A stretch of 61,534 nt of DNA, counting the filler, from Actinomycetales bacterium (GTDB lineage Bacteria; Actinomycetota; Actinomycetes; Actinomycetales; CAVURS01): the NCBI GenBank assembly GCA_045807245.1. It is 5 parts of 5 records of this genome, joined end to end, with 100 filler letters (N's around TTAATTAATTAA, not from the genome) between each part and the next. Parts side by side here need not be neighbours in the genome. Positions count along the whole stretch, not along the records: positions 25,839 to 40,231 come from JBJMHS010000021.1; positions 40,332 to 44,093 come from JBJMHS010000022.1; positions 44,194 to 49,742 come from JBJMHS010000023.1; 2 more parts are not named here. One strand, written 5' to 3'. The notes under the pieces are model-generated. The model worked only from the letters and a program-made list of their open reading frames with translations. It made no database searches and was not told the DNA's origin. Numbering within the stretch: the first letter of the stretch is position 1; the number at the start of each line of letters is the position of its first letter. The position numbers were made by a program, and so were the translations under genes. Shown here piece by piece: positions 37,823 through 48,467 of this stretch.

Positions 37823-38730
37823 GCACCAAGGACCTGACCGACTGGCTGGTCGACACCGGGCTGCCGATCCTGGTCATCCTGGTGGGCGGCGCCCTGCTGC
37901 GCTGGGTGCTGCACCGGCTGATCAGCCGAGCCGTCCGGCGCACTCTCGAGTCGAAGCTCCCAGCGCGGCTCGAGGGGCACCGGGCCACCCGAGTGCTGGC
38001 CAGCGCGACCGGAGCGCTGAGCGAGCGTCGCCGCCAGCGGGTCGAGACCCTCGGCGCGGTGCTCCGCAGCCTGGTCACGACGGTCATCTTCGGCGTCGCG
38101 TTCGTGATGATCCTCGAGAAGGTCGACATCCCGATCGCGCCGCTGCTCGCCTCGGCCGGAGTCGCCGGCGTCGCGCTCGGCTTCGGTGCGCAGAGCCTGG
38201 TCAAGGACTTCCTGTCCGGCGTCTTCCTGCTGCTGGAGGACCAGTACGGCGTGGGCGACGTCATCGACACCGGCGAGGCCATCGGTGAGGTCGAGGACGT
38301 GACGCTGCGGGTGACCCGGCTGCGCGACGGCAACGGTGTCATCTGGTACGTCCGGAACGGCGAGATCGTCCGCGTGGGCAACCGCAGCCAGGGCTGGTCG
38401 ACAGCGATCGTGGACCTGCCGGTCTCGTACACCGAGGACGCCGAGCGCGTCATGGGCGTGCTGCGCGAGGCGATGCAGGCCTTGGACGACGACCCGATCT
38501 GGCACGACAAGCTGGTCGAGACGCCGACGGTCGTCGGCATCGAGCAGATCACCGGTACGACGATCACGATCCGGGTCATCGCCAAGTGCGAGCCCAACGA
38601 GAACCTCACCATCCAGCGGGAGATCCGCGAGCGGGCCAAGGTCGCCTTCGACGCGCACGGGGTCAAGGCGCCGATCGCCTTCCCGCCGTACGGCAGCGGG
38701 CTCGGCGCGGCCAAGCCTCCACCCGCCTAG
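37819..38730 (+). CDS. mscS: Small-conductance mechanosensitive channel
   Basis: GVAGVALGFGAQSLVKDFLSG, EDQYGVGD, LRVTRLRD. Confidence 0.93.
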   Translation: MSTKDLTDWLVDTGLPILVILVGGALLRWVLHRLISRAVRRTLESKLPARLEGHRATRVLASATGALSERRRQRVETLGAVLRSLVTTVIFGVAFVMILEKVDIPIAPLLASAGVAGVALGFGAQSLVKDFLSGVFLLLEDQYGVGDVIDTGEAIGEVEDVTLRVTRLRDGNGVIWYVRNGEIVRVGNRSQGWSTAIVDLPVSYTEDAERVMGVLREAMQALDDDPIWHDKLVETPTVVGIEQITGTTITIRVIAKCEPNENLTIQREIRERAKVAFDAHGVKAPIAFPPYGSGLGAAKPPPA

Positions 38731-38792
38731 TCCGGCCGCCCGAGCGCACCGGACGGGCGCTGCTGCCCGCACACCCCGCACCTGAGCACCCT

Positions 38793-38806
38793 TGCAAGCC
38801 GTTACA
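38793..38806. promoter_or_regulatory. LacI-type operator upstream of the LacI gene
   Basis: TGCAAGCCGTTACA, similar to 35542-35555. Confidence 0.5.
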
Positions 38807-38863
38807 CAGACTCCGTACAGTCCCCCGGGGGGCCTGGAGCACGCAGTCCGCGGCTTGGAAGGG

Positions 38864-39883
38864 ATGTCTCTCGTGGCGATGACGATCAGGGACATCGCGC
38901 GGGAGGCCGGGGTCTCGACCGCAACAGTGTCGCGAGCCCTGCGGGGGCTGCCGAACGTCGACCCCACCACCCGCCACCACGTCATGAAGGTCGCGGAGCG
39001 GATGGACTACGTGATCTCCCCGACCGCCTCGCGGCTCGCGACCGGCCGGACCCAGGCGATCGCCGTGATCACGCCGTTCATCTCACGGTGGTACTTCGCC
39101 ACGGTGCTGAGCGGCGCCGAGCGCGTGTTCCACGAGGCCGACTTCGACCTGCTGCTCTTCGACACCGGCGAGCCGAGCGAACCGCACCGGGTGCCGCCGC
39201 ACCGGCGGCTCCGGCACAAGGCGGACGGCTTCCTGGTGCTGAGCCTGGACCCGGAGAGCCAGGACGTCGTCGGGCTGTTCGACCTCGACCTCCCCGTCGT
39301 CCTGGTCGGCACGACCACCAGACGCGCAGTCACGACCATGGTCGACGACGTGGCCGGGGCGCGGATGGCCACGCAGCACCTGGTCGACCTCGGACACCGC
39401 GACATCGCGATCATCTCCGGGCGCGTGCTGCCCAGCCCGTTCACCCCGGACGTGGACCGCTACGACGGGTTCCTCGGCGCGCTGGCCCACGCCGGCATCA
39501 CCCCCGACCCCGACTTCCTGACCTACGGCTCGTTCACGGTGCGCGGGGGGGACCGGGCCATGGAGGGCCTGCTCGCGCTGCCACGGCGGCCCACAGCGGT
39601 GTTCGCGATCTCGGACGAGATGGCGTTCGGCGCGATGCGGGCGATGCGCCGGCACGGCCTCACGCCGGGACGGGACATCTCGATCGTCGGGTACGACGGT
39701 CACGAGCTGGCCGACCTGCTCGACCTGACGACGGTGGTGCAGCCGGTCGAGGAGCTGGGTGTGCGGGGTGCCCAGCTGATGCTCGAGCGGCTGCTCGACC
39801 CGTCCCTGCCTGTGCGCCAGATCATCTTCCCGATCGAGCTCAAGGTCCGTGGCTCGACCGGACCCCCGCCCGGTCGCGCCTGA
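38864..39883 (+). CDS. LacI family regulator
   Basis: TIRDIAREAGVSTATVSRAL HTH; PTAVFAISDEMA; LTTVVQP. Confidence 0.95.
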   Translation: MSLVAMTIRDIAREAGVSTATVSRALRGLPNVDPTTRHHVMKVAERMDYVISPTASRLATGRTQAIAVITPFISRWYFATVLSGAERVFHEADFDLLLFDTGEPSEPHRVPPHRRLRHKADGFLVLSLDPESQDVVGLFDLDLPVVLVGTTTRRAVTTMVDDVAGARMATQHLVDLGHRDIAIISGRVLPSPFTPDVDRYDGFLGALAHAGITPDPDFLTYGSFTVRGGDRAMEGLLALPRRPTAVFAISDEMAFGAMRAMRRHGLTPGRDISIVGYDGHELADLLDLTTVVQPVEELGVRGAQLMLERLLDPSLPVRQIIFPIELKVRGSTGPPPGRA

Positions 39884-39904
39884 CCCGACCGTGATGATGG
39901 ACCG

Positions 39905-40231
39905 GTGACGAGCCCGACGACGTTCTATGACCTGGTCGGGGGCCGCGAGACGTTCGCCCGGCTGGTGCATCGCTTCTACCAGGGTGTGGCGTCGGACCCG
40001 CAGCTTCGTGCGCTGTACCCGGAGCCCGACCTGGCCGGCGCGGAGGAGCGGCTGCTCCTGTTCCTCGAGCAGTACTGGGGTGGCCCCACGACGTACAGCG
40101 ACCAGCGTGGCCATCCACGGCTACGGATGCGGCACGCGCCGTTCGCCGTGACACCCGACCAGCGGGACCGATGGCTGGGCCACATGAAGGTCGCCGTCGA
40201 CGAGCTCGAGCTGCCGCCCGAACAGCGCGAC
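39905..40231 (+). CDS. glbO: Group II truncated hemoglobin (3' truncated)
   Basis: [30 protein letters not shown]. Confidence 0.92.
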
Positions 40232-40331
40232 NNNNNNNNNNNNNNNNNNNNNNNNNNNNNNNNNNNNNNNNNNNNTTAATTAATTAANNNNNNNNNNNNN
40301 NNNNNNNNNNNNNNNNNNNNNNNNNNNNNNN
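40232..40331. other. Artificial contig linker
   Basis: N44-TTAATTAATTAA-N44. Confidence 0.98.
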
Positions 40332-40386
40332 CCGAACCGGTCACCAGGACGGTCCGGCCGGTCAGATCCACGCTGTCGCCGGTCAT
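40332..40386 (-). CDS. N-terminus of an NAD-dependent epimerase/dehydratase (LegB-like?), truncated
   Basis: [18 protein letters not shown], start of a Rossmann motif; coupled to the upstream gene. Confidence 0.55.
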
Positions 40387-41450
40387 ACGTGGCCCTTCGC
40401 CCGGGCCAGGTCGAACGGCGTACCGACGTCGATCCACTCCGACGGCAGGGGCCAGGCGACGACCCGCATGCCGTGGTCGAGCGCAGCCTGGATCAGGTCC
40501 GGCATCGTCGACGGGACGCCGACCGCGACCAGGTCGAGCGCGGCGGGGGAGACGGCATAGACACCGGCGTTCACGTTCATCGAGTACGTCGGCTTCTCCC
40601 GGATGCCGGTGACCGCGGCCGCGGAGCCGGACCACTCGGTGTCGACGACGCCGAACGGCACCTCGAACTGGTACGGACGCGTGGCGACCGTGACCGCGGC
40701 GCCCGTGCGCTCATGGAAGTCGAGCAGTCGTTCGGGCTCGAACCGGAACATCAGGTCGCCGTTCATCACCAGCGTGGGTACGAGTAGGTCCGGCCGCCCA
40801 GCGCGGAACAGGGCCAGGGACCCCGCGGTGCCCAGCGGCAGCTGGGGGTCCTCCCGCAGGTAGGTCACCGTGCAGCCCAGGCGGCTCCCGTCGCCGAGAT
40901 GCTCCTCGATGCGGTCGGCCAGGTGGTTGACACTCACCGAGACGTCGCGCACGCCGCCACCGACGAGGTTGAGCACGATCCACTCCAGGATGCTGCGGTC
41001 CGCGACCTCCATGAGCGGCTTCGGTGTGTGCCGGGTCAGGTCGCCGAGCCGCGTGCCGCGACCGCCGGCCATGATCACTGCCGGGTTGGGCAGCGGCTCG
41101 ATCCCCACGACGTCGGACAGCGTGTGCAGGCCGACCACCCGGCCGGCGCCGTCGAGCTCGGGCACGGCGTCGATGCGCAGCGCCCGCATCAGGTCCAGCA
41201 CCGTGGCCCGGCCCGATCCGGCCGGGACCGTCTGCGGGTTCTTGGTCGCGAACGGCAGGGCCGCGTCGCCGAGGCCGGCGTCGTGCAGGAGCGCCCGCCG
41301 TACATCTCCGTCGGTCAGCAGCGCCACGAGGGTGTCGTCCGGCTCGACCAGCAGGGCCACGGTCAGGGCCGAGCGGTCGATCACCGCGAGGACGTCGCGC
41401 AGGGTCGCCGTCGGCGGTGCCTTCACGGTCTCCAGCACGTGCCTGGTCAT
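40383..41450 (-). CDS. CBS-domain sugar-phosphate nucleotidyltransferase (PtmE-like)
   Basis: N-terminal [14 protein letters not shown] pair; [33 protein letters not shown]. Confidence 0.88.
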   Translation of the reverse strand: MTRHVLETVKAPPTATLRDVLAVIDRSALTVALLVEPDDTLVALLTDGDVRRALLHDAGLGDAALPFATKNPQTVPAGSGRATVLDLMRALRIDAVPELDGAGRVVGLHTLSDVVGIEPLPNPAVIMAGGRGTRLGDLTRHTPKPLMEVADRSILEWIVLNLVGGGVRDVSVSVNHLADRIEEHLGDGSRLGCTVTYLREDPQLPLGTAGSLALFRAGRPDLLVPTLVMNGDLMFRFEPERLLDFHERTGAAVTVATRPYQFEVPFGVVDTEWSGSAAAVTGIREKPTYSMNVNAGVYAVSPAALDLVAVGVPSTMPDLIQAALDHGMRVVAWPLPSEWIDVGTPFDLARAKGHV

Positions 41451-42076
41451 CCGAGTGCTCCCGCCGGTACGCCGACCACGGTCACGCCGGCCGGGACGTC
41501 CCTCGTCACGACCGCGCCGGCGCCCACCACGGCGTCGTCGCCGATGGTGAGCCCCTGCAGGACGGTAGCGCCGCTGCCGATGAGCACCCGGTCGCCGAGC
41601 CGGACGTGCCCGGACAGGTTGGCCCCGGGGTTGACGACGCAGCACCGGCCGAGCACCGCGTCGTGTCCGATGCCGGCCCGCGGGTTGAGCACCGTGCCGC
41701 TGCCGAGCCGCACGTCGGTCGTCACCACACAGCCCGCGGACACGACGACGCCGTCGGCCAGCTCGCATCCGGTGCCGACGTCCGCCGCGGGGTGGACGAG
41801 GACCGGCAGCTCGAGCGCGGCCCGCTCGTCTCGGGTGACCCGCTCGACGCGCTCGAGCGCAGCGGACCGGACGGCCGGGAAGCCCAGGCCGAGGACCACG
41901 GCGCGGGCGGTGCCCTCCACAGCCGAGCGCAGCAGCTCGCCCTCGCCCTCCTCGTCGAGCAGCCCCTGGACCGCGAACGCGCGGCCCGCCGCGTCCCGAG
42001 CCACGGCGCGCACCAGGTCCGCGGTCTCGCGCGCCTGGCCGCCCGCGCCCAGGATCCACACCTGGAGCGTCGTCAT
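41447..42076 (-). CDS. NeuD/PglD-like sugar acetyltransferase
   Basis: [17 protein letters not shown], hexapeptide repeats, VGVPA. Confidence 0.9.
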   Translation of the reverse strand: MTTLQVWILGAGGQARETADLVRAVARDAAGRAFAVQGLLDEEGEGELLRSAVEGTARAVVLGLGFPAVRSAALERVERVTRDERAALELPVLVHPAADVGTGCELADGVVVSAGCVVTTDVRLGSGTVLNPRAGIGHDAVLGRCCVVNPGANLSGHVRLGDRVLIGSGATVLQGLTIGDDAVVGAGAVVTRDVPAGVTVVGVPAGALG

Positions 42077-43230
42077 GGCTGCTCCGTCGCAAAAGGCTTG
42101 CGGGCCAAGGCATCTCGGGCCCGGACGGCGCGCCGGACCACCTCCACGATGCGCGGAGCGGCCTTGCCGTCACCGTACGGGTTGGCCGCGTGCCGCACGC
42201 TCTCGCGGAAGGCCGGATCGAGAGCGGTCCGGATGGCGGCCGCGATGGACTCGCGGCTCTCGTCGGCGTCGAGCACGTTGGCTCCGCGCTCGCGACCGCG
42301 CTGCCGGTCGCCCACGTTCACGACGGGTACGCCGAAGCTGGCCGCCTCGATGATGCCGCTCGAGCTGTTGCCCACGACCACGTCGGCTGCGGCGAGGACG
42401 GGCAGGTAGTCGGCTCCCAACGTGGCCACGTCGGCCAGCTGGGGGTGCTCGGCCCGCGCGCGCTCCAGCCGGGCCAGCACCGCCTCGCGACCCGCGTCCA
42501 GGCCGGGGTGAGTCACCAGTGCCGAGCCGACCGCGTCCGCGACGGCGTCGAGCACCGCTCCCGCGCCGGCCTCCGGGGCCGGACCCCCCGCTGTCACGGG
42601 GTGATAGGTCACCAGGGCGAACGGCCGGACCAGGTCGTGGCCGAGCAGCTCAGCCAGGCGCTCGTCACTGGCCGGCGCGACCTGGGTGATCCGGTCCAGC
42701 GACGGCGCACCGGTCACGACGACTCGGTCGGCGGGCTCACCGAGGCGGCGCAGCCGGCCGGCCGCGGCCTCGGTGCTCACGCAGTGCAGGTCGGCCAGCT
42801 TGCTGACCGCGTGCCGGATGCGGTCGTCGACGGCGCCCTCGGTGATCTCGCCGCCGTGGAGGTGCACGAGCGGCACGCCGCGCAGCACGACCGGTGGCAC
42901 GGCGTACAGCAGCTCCCAGCGGTCGCCGAGGACGACGCACGCCTGCGGGTCGAGCCGTTCCAGGCTCGCGGCCATCGCGGCGCTGATCCGGGTGCCCGCC
43001 TGCGTGGTCGACCGGTAGTCGCTCGCAGCGGGGGCGTCGGTGAGCAGCTCGACGTCGACCCCGGCCAGGCCGAGGTCCCCCAGCGGGTCACCGAAGCCGG
43101 CGTCGCTGACGGTGGCGACAGCGAGCAGTGTGACGGCGAGGTCGTCGGCGTCGGCCAGGGCCCGCAACACCGAGGCCAGCGGGAACAGGTCGGCCCGGGT
43201 CCCGGCGAACACGACGACGCGCGCGCTCAT
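42073..43230 (-). CDS. neuC: Hydrolysing NDP-sugar 2-epimerase (NeuC/LegG)
   Basis: [56 protein letters not shown]. Confidence 0.92.
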   Translation of the reverse strand: MSARVVVFAGTRADLFPLASVLRALADADDLAVTLLAVATVSDAGFGDPLGDLGLAGVDVELLTDAPAASDYRSTTQAGTRISAAMAASLERLDPQACVVLGDRWELLYAVPPVVLRGVPLVHLHGGEITEGAVDDRIRHAVSKLADLHCVSTEAAAGRLRRLGEPADRVVVTGAPSLDRITQVAPASDERLAELLGHDLVRPFALVTYHPVTAGGPAPEAGAGAVLDAVADAVGSALVTHPGLDAGREAVLARLERARAEHPQLADVATLGADYLPVLAAADVVVGNSSSGIIEAASFGVPVVNVGDRQRGRERGANVLDADESRESIAAAIRTALDPAFRESVRHAANPYGDGKAAPRIVEVVRRAVRARDALARKPFATEQP

Positions 43231-44093
43231 CTCAGGTCGGCCGCGAGCAGCGGTTCGCCGCGCCGCACCGGCCGGGCCAGCTCCCGGCCGACGAGGTCCA
43301 CGCTCGGGGCCAGGCCGCTGGCGGGCCGCAGCAGCGCGACGTCGTCGGTGGTGAGGCGCTCGCCGGGGCCGAGGTCGCGGGCAGCGTGCCAGCTCCGCCG
43401 GACGAGCGGTGCGTTGGCGGCCTCGGCCGGGACGGGCGCCTTGACCCCGTCGCCCAGGGCGGCGAACGCCTGGCGGACCTGCTCGACATAGCTCGCGAAG
43501 CCGTCCCGGTCGGCGCTCGCCGCGTGGTCCGGGCCGGACCGGGACCGGTCCAGGGTCACGTGCTTCTCGAGTGCCGTCGCGCCGAGAGCGACCGCCGCGA
43601 CGGCCGTGACCGAGCCCAGGGTGTGGTCGGACCAGCCCACCGGCCGGTCGAACCGCTCGCGCAGGGTCACCAGCGCACGCAGGTTGGCCTGCTCCACCGG
43701 CGCCGGGTAGCTCGAGACGCAGTGCATGAGCAGCAGGCCGGGTACGCCGGCCAGCCAGCCGACCGCGTCGGCCACCTCGGCCTCGGTGGCCATGCCGGTC
43801 GAGCAGATGACCGGCAGGCCGCGCCGGGCGACCTCCGTGAGCAGCGGCCGGTTGGTCAGCTCGCCCGACCCGAGCTTCAGCGCGTGCACCCCGAGGCGGC
43901 AGACCAGGTCGAGGCTGGCCAGGTCGAACGCGGTCGACATGAACTCGATGCGCCGGGCGGTGGCGTGGTCGCGCAGCTCGGGCCAGGCCGAGTCCGGCAG
44001 GACGTACTGCTCGAGCAGCTCGCGCTGGGTCTGGACGCCGGTCGACGCTGCCTGGTACGCCGCGGTGCGGGCCGTCTCGGAGACCAGCGCCGC
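43227..44093 (-). CDS. neuB: Nonulosonic acid synthase (NeuB/LegI), 5' truncated
   Basis: MSTAFD, KLGSGE, STGMA, MHCVSSYP, GWSDHT, EKHVTL, GPDH; C-terminal SAF/AFP domain. Confidence 0.93.
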   Translation of the reverse strand, partial: AALVSETARTAAYQAASTGVQTQRELLEQYVLPDSAWPELRDHATARRIEFMSTAFDLASLDLVCRLGVHALKLGSGELTNRPLLTEVARRGLPVICSTGMATEAEVADAVGWLAGVPGLLLMHCVSSYPAPVEQANLRALVTLRERFDRPVGWSDHTLGSVTAVAAVALGATALEKHVTLDRSRSGPDHAASADRDGFASYVEQVRQAFAALGDGVKAPVPAEAANAPLVRRSWHAARDLGPGERLTTDDVALLRPASGLAPSVDLVGRELARPVRRGEPLLAADLR

Positions 44094-44193
44094 NNNNNNN
44101 NNNNNNNNNNNNNNNNNNNNNNNNNNNNNNNNNNNNNTTAATTAATTAANNNNNNNNNNNNNNNNNNNNNNNNNNNNNNNNNNNNNNNNNNNN
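44094..44193. other. Artificial contig linker
   Basis: N44-TTAATTAATTAA-N44. Confidence 0.98.
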
Positions 44194-45054
44194 GGGGGCC
44201 GACGACGCGGTCGCTGACGCGGTCGCCGTCACACCGGTCGCCGCGGGGTCGAAGCGGATCTGCGCGGCGGGCGAGGCCGGGCCGGACGGTACGACGCCGG
44301 CCGGGTTGGCCGTGCCGGTCGCCGCTCCGAGCACCGAGGGGTCACTGACGTTCTGGTTGGGCGGCGCCGGCGGCGCCGGCGGGGCCGGCGGGGCGGGCTG
44401 GGCGTCCGCCGGCGTGTCCCGGCTGGCCGCTGCGGCTCCGGTGACCACCGCGTGCTTGGCGCCGGTCGCCTCCTTGCCGTCCGCCGCCGCGGCCGACCCG
44501 ACCGTGGACCCTTCGGTCGCCGAGCCGATGACCGCGGTGCCGGCCTTGACACCTGCCTGCACGGTGACGGGAAGCGAGTCGGTGCCGGCGGTGCCGGTGA
44601 CCGCCCGACCCGCCGTTGCCGCCGCCGCCCGAGGCGCGGCGGCACTCTCGACTGCCGTCGCGATCATGGCCGGCGTGACGGCCGCCGTGACCACCGTACC
44701 GATCCCGCTGGTCGCTGAGGCCGCCGAGCCACTGCCCGGCGCCGGGGTCGGGACCGACGTGGAGCCGGAGCCGTTCGAGGTGCTCGACGCGTCGGTCGCG
44801 CCGTCCGTCGAGACGTCCCGAGACACAGCCGAGCCAGCCGCTGAAACGACCGCGTCGCCGGTGACCTCGTCGTGCGCTCGGTCGTCGATGCGGTCGGTGC
44901 GGTCGGCGCGGTCGGTGCGGCCGGCCTGGCGCAGGTGCGCCGCGAACTCCTCGCTGTGGTGCCCGCTCGGGTTCGAGTCCACCGCGCGCGGTCCATGTGC
45001 ACCGCCGGCCGCGACGTTCGACATCAGGTCCATGGAGACCGTGCCCTGGCTCAT
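44194..45054 (-). CDS. fliK: Probable flagellar hook-length control protein, low-complexity N-terminus (3' truncated)
   Basis: Ala/Thr/Pro-rich; position after fliJ and the hydrolase; conserved C-terminal domain not visible. Confidence 0.6.
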
Positions 45055-46112
45055 CAGCCCTCCATCCGGGACAGCACGCGTTTCACGTAGTTCTGGGTCT
45101 CGGTGTACGGCGGGACGTCGCCGTACTTGTTCACGGCACCCGGTCCGGCGTTGTACGCCGCCAGGGCAAGCCGCACGGAGCCGAACTGGTCAATGAGGCC
45201 GGACAGCATCCGGGCCGCCCCGTCGACGGCCTGGGCCGGGTCCATGGGGTCGACGCTGAGGCCGCGGGCCGTGCCGGGCATCAGCTGCATCAGGCCGCGA
45301 GCGCCCGCCGGGCTCACCGCGGAGGCGTTGAAGCTGGACTCGACGGACGCGACCGCACGGAGCAGCCCGGAGGGCAGGTCGTACTTGCGCTGGGCGCGCT
45401 CGAACAGCGCGTCGTACCGGTGGCTAGCCGCGCCGGACTCGCTCTGCCGCAACGAGATCGGGCGCAGTGAGTCGACCGCTGACGTCGTCAGCGAGGTGCC
45501 GCTCGGCAGGATGCGCCGGATGCGCGTCGGTGTCTCGTAGACCGCGGAGATGCGTACGTGGTCGCCGGTGTGTGGCGCGTGGAGCATCTTGCCGTTGCCG
45601 ACGTAGATGCCGATGTGGTGCGAGCCGAACACGAGCAGGTCGCCCGGCTTGGCCTGGGCCAGCGAGCCGACCGCCTGGCCGGCGTCGCGCTGGTCGGCCA
45701 CCGTACGCGGGACGCTGACGCCGAGGTCGTTCATCACGCGCTGCACCAGGCCCGAGCAGTCCAGCCCCGAGGACGGGTTCGTGCCGCCCCACTTGTAGGC
45801 CACGCCGAGGTAGCGCCTCGCGTCGGCCACGACATCCGAACCGGTCGGCCCCGTCGTACCGCCGGCGCGGTCGGCGCCGAGGACCGACCCGAGGGTGCTG
45901 TCCAGCCCGGCCGAGCCGGTGCCCGTGGTGTCGTCGCCCAGCAGCGCACCGCCGGCCTGGTCCATCACGCTGGACAGGTCGGCGCTTTGTGCCGAGAGGG
46001 CCGAGGAGAACGCCGCTGCGCTCGAAGATGTCGGCGGTGTGCCGTTGCCGAGCGCGCCGATCGCGTTCTGCAGGGCGGTGATCCGGCTCTCCACGACGTC
46101 GATGCCGCTCAT
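45054..46112 (-). CDS. NlpC/P60 + SLT lytic transglycosylase fusion (flagellar peptidoglycan hydrolase)
   Basis: YKWGG...LDCSGLVQ...HIGIY...MLHA; AVASVESSF...GARGLMQLMP...AAYNAG. Confidence 0.92.
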   Translation of the reverse strand: MSGIDVVESRITALQNAIGALGNGTPPTSSSAAAFSSALSAQSADLSSVMDQAGGALLGDDTTGTGSAGLDSTLGSVLGADRAGGTTGPTGSDVVADARRYLGVAYKWGGTNPSSGLDCSGLVQRVMNDLGVSVPRTVADQRDAGQAVGSLAQAKPGDLLVFGSHHIGIYVGNGKMLHAPHTGDHVRISAVYETPTRIRRILPSGTSLTTSAVDSLRPISLRQSESGAASHRYDALFERAQRKYDLPSGLLRAVASVESSFNASAVSPAGARGLMQLMPGTARGLSVDPMDPAQAVDGAARMLSGLIDQFGSVRLALAAYNAGPGAVNKYGDVPPYTETQNYVKRVLSRMEG

Positions 46113-46546
46113 GCGTTCTCACCCCGCTGAGCCTCGGCGACGGCTGCCGTCGCTGCGCGGTCGTCCTGCTCCCGCTGCTCCCGGGCCTGCTCCTCGGCGC
46201 GGGCGATCGCCTGCTGCTGCTGCTCGAGCCGCTCCAGGCCACGGGCTGCGGCGCGAGCCCGCGACCATTCGCCCGAGGCCTGCTCGGCGTTCGCCGCCGC
46301 GATCTGGACGAGCTCGCGGCCGTCCCGCACGGCGAGAGCCGCGGACTGCCGGGCGGCGGCCATGGCCAGCCAGGTGACGGCCGCGTCGCGGTCGGGCAGC
46401 TGCAGCGAGCGCAGTACCTCCGCACGGCGGCTGGCCTCGAGCTCCGCTTGCTGTTGGACGTCGTTGGCGCGCACGAGCGTGACCTTGGCCATGTCGTGCT
46501 GGATCTGGCGCAGGCGCAGCAGGCGGGCCAGCATGCGGCTGTTCAT
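46109..46546 (-). CDS. fliJ: Flagellar export protein FliJ
   Basis: Coiled coil after fliI; GLERL...EQREQDD. Confidence 0.75.
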   Translation of the reverse strand: MNSRMLARLLRLRQIQHDMAKVTLVRANDVQQQAELEASRRAEVLRSLQLPDRDAAVTWLAMAAARQSAALAVRDGRELVQIAAANAEQASGEWSRARAAARGLERLEQQQQAIARAEEQAREQREQDDRAATAAVAEAQRGENA

Positions 46547-47865
46547 CGGCCACCGTCCAAGGCGGCCAACCGGCTCAGGACACCGACCAGGCCGGCCCAC
46601 GCGTCGGCCGCGGTCGAGCGCTCGTCCCGACCTTGCTGCAGGAACTCGGTGATCAGCGGCCACAAGGCCCGCGCCGCGTCGACCTCGGGGTCGGACCCGG
46701 AGACGTAGGCGCCAACCTCGATGAGCTCCTTGGCGTCGCGGTGCGCGGCGAGCAGCCGGCGCATCGCTTGGGCGGCGACCCGCTGGTTCTCGTCGGTGAC
46801 CATGGGAGCCACCCGGGAGACGGACTCCAGGACGTCGATACTCGGGAAGTGACCGGCCGTCGCCAGGCGTCGGTCCAGCGTCACATGGCCGTCGAGGATC
46901 GAGCGGGCAGCGTCGGCGATCGGCTCGTTGTGGTCGTCGCCCTCGACGAGCACCGTGTAGATGCCGGTGATCGAGGAGTGCGCACCCGGGCCGGTGCGCT
47001 CGAGCAGCCGCGGCAGCAGGGCGAAGGTCGACGGCGGGTAGCCCCGCGATGCGGGCGGCTCGCCCGCCGACAGACCGACCTCGCGCTGGGCCATGGCAAC
47101 ACGGGTCAGCGAGTCCATCAGCAGGAGCACGTCCTGGCCCTGGTCGCGGAACCACTCGGCGATGCGGGTGGCGACGAAGGCGCTGCGCAGCCGTACGACG
47201 GGGGGCGCGTCCGACGTCGCGACGACTGCGACCGCACGGGACATGCCCTCGAGCCCGAGGTCGTCCTCGATGAACTCCCTGACCTCACGACCACGCTCAC
47301 CGACGAGGGACAGGACGACGACCGGTGCGGACGTCCCCTTGGCGATCATGGAGAGCAGAGTCGACTTGCCGACGCCGGAGCCGGCGAACAGGCCGAGCCG
47401 CTGACCCTGACCAGCGGGCACCAAGGTGTCGAGTGCGCGGACGCCCAGGCTGAGTGGCTGCCGAACCCGTTGCCGCTCAAGGGGTCCCGGCGCGTCGGCG
47501 TCGACGTCGACCAGCCGGCCGGTCAGCGCAGGACCACCGTCGATCGGTCGTCCCAGACCGTCGACGACACGACCGAGCAAGTCGGGGCCGACCCGCACCT
47601 GCAGCGCGTGGCCGAGAGCGAGGGCGGTGTCGCCTGCGCGCAGACCTCGCAGGGGGCCCAGCGGCATGCAGGACACCGAGCCCCGGCTGACGGACACGAC
47701 CTCGGCGACCAGGCCGTCGTGACCCAGCTGCACGAGCTCGCCGACAGCGGCCGAGAGGCCCTCGACGTGCACGACGAGACCGACCACGGCCCGCACCCGT
47801 CCGGTCGCAACCGGACGGGCAGCCTGGACGGCGGCCTTCAGCCGCGTCGCCACGAGCGTCGTCAT
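46543..47865 (-). CDS. fliI: Flagellar export ATPase FliI
   Basis: GQRLGLFAGSGVGKS, GERGREV, MDSLTR.AMAQRE, ILDGH. Confidence 0.96.
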   Translation of the reverse strand: MTTLVATRLKAAVQAARPVATGRVRAVVGLVVHVEGLSAAVGELVQLGHDGLVAEVVSVSRGSVSCMPLGPLRGLRAGDTALALGHALQVRVGPDLLGRVVDGLGRPIDGGPALTGRLVDVDADAPGPLERQRVRQPLSLGVRALDTLVPAGQGQRLGLFAGSGVGKSTLLSMIAKGTSAPVVVLSLVGERGREVREFIEDDLGLEGMSRAVAVVATSDAPPVVRLRSAFVATRIAEWFRDQGQDVLLLMDSLTRVAMAQREVGLSAGEPPASRGYPPSTFALLPRLLERTGPGAHSSITGIYTVLVEGDDHNEPIADAARSILDGHVTLDRRLATAGHFPSIDVLESVSRVAPMVTDENQRVAAQAMRRLLAAHRDAKELIEVGAYVSGSDPEVDAARALWPLITEFLQQGRDERSTAADAWAGLVGVLSRLAALDGGR

Positions 47866-48467
47866 CCCCGCGCCACCGTCCGGGCGCGAGCGAGCGCCGC
47901 CGACACGCGGGCGTCGACGGTCGCGCCGTCCTGCTCGGCGACGGCGTCGCCGCTCGCCAGGCTGGCGTCGGAGACGAACTGCACCAGGTGACCCTCGTGC
48001 GCGTCAGTGGTCTCGATGGTGGCCAGGTCGTCCGGGTTCATCCGCACGGTCACGGCACCGCTCGGCTCGAGCGGGCCCAGCGCGCGGCGCAGAGCCAGCC
48101 GGGCCGCGTCGCGCTTGGCGATCGCGGACAGCTCGCGACCGATGATCGCCTCGGCCAGGTCGATCGCCGCGTCGACCACGAGCTCGGCCAGGTCGTCGAG
48201 CACCGGCGTCGTCCGCTGAGTCCAGTCAACGACCGCAGCCGCCACAGCGCGCTCGGCCGCAGCCCGGGTCGCCTGCCGCGCGCGGATGTCGTCGGCCTGG
48301 AGGCGGGTCAGCTCGGCGTCGGCCTGGAGGGCCGCCGCACGGCGTCCCTCCGCCCAGCCCTCGGCGTACCCCTTGGCCCGAGCCTCCGCGCGTACGTCCT
48401 CCGCCTCCGCGGCCAGCCCGAGCCGGACCGGTTGGAAGGCCAGCACGGCATCAGTCGACGAACTCAT
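47862..48467 (-). CDS. fliH: Flagellar assembly protein FliH
   Basis: GYAEGWAEG repeat; VRMNPDDL; D.SL..GD. Confidence 0.88.
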   Translation of the reverse strand: MSSSTDAVLAFQPVRLGLAAEAEDVRAEARAKGYAEGWAEGRRAAALQADAELTRLQADDIRARQATRAAAERAVAAAVVDWTQRTTPVLDDLAELVVDAAIDLAEAIIGRELSAIAKRDAARLALRRALGPLEPSGAVTVRMNPDDLATIETTDAHEGHLVQFVSDASLASGDAVAEQDGATVDARVSAALARARTVARG

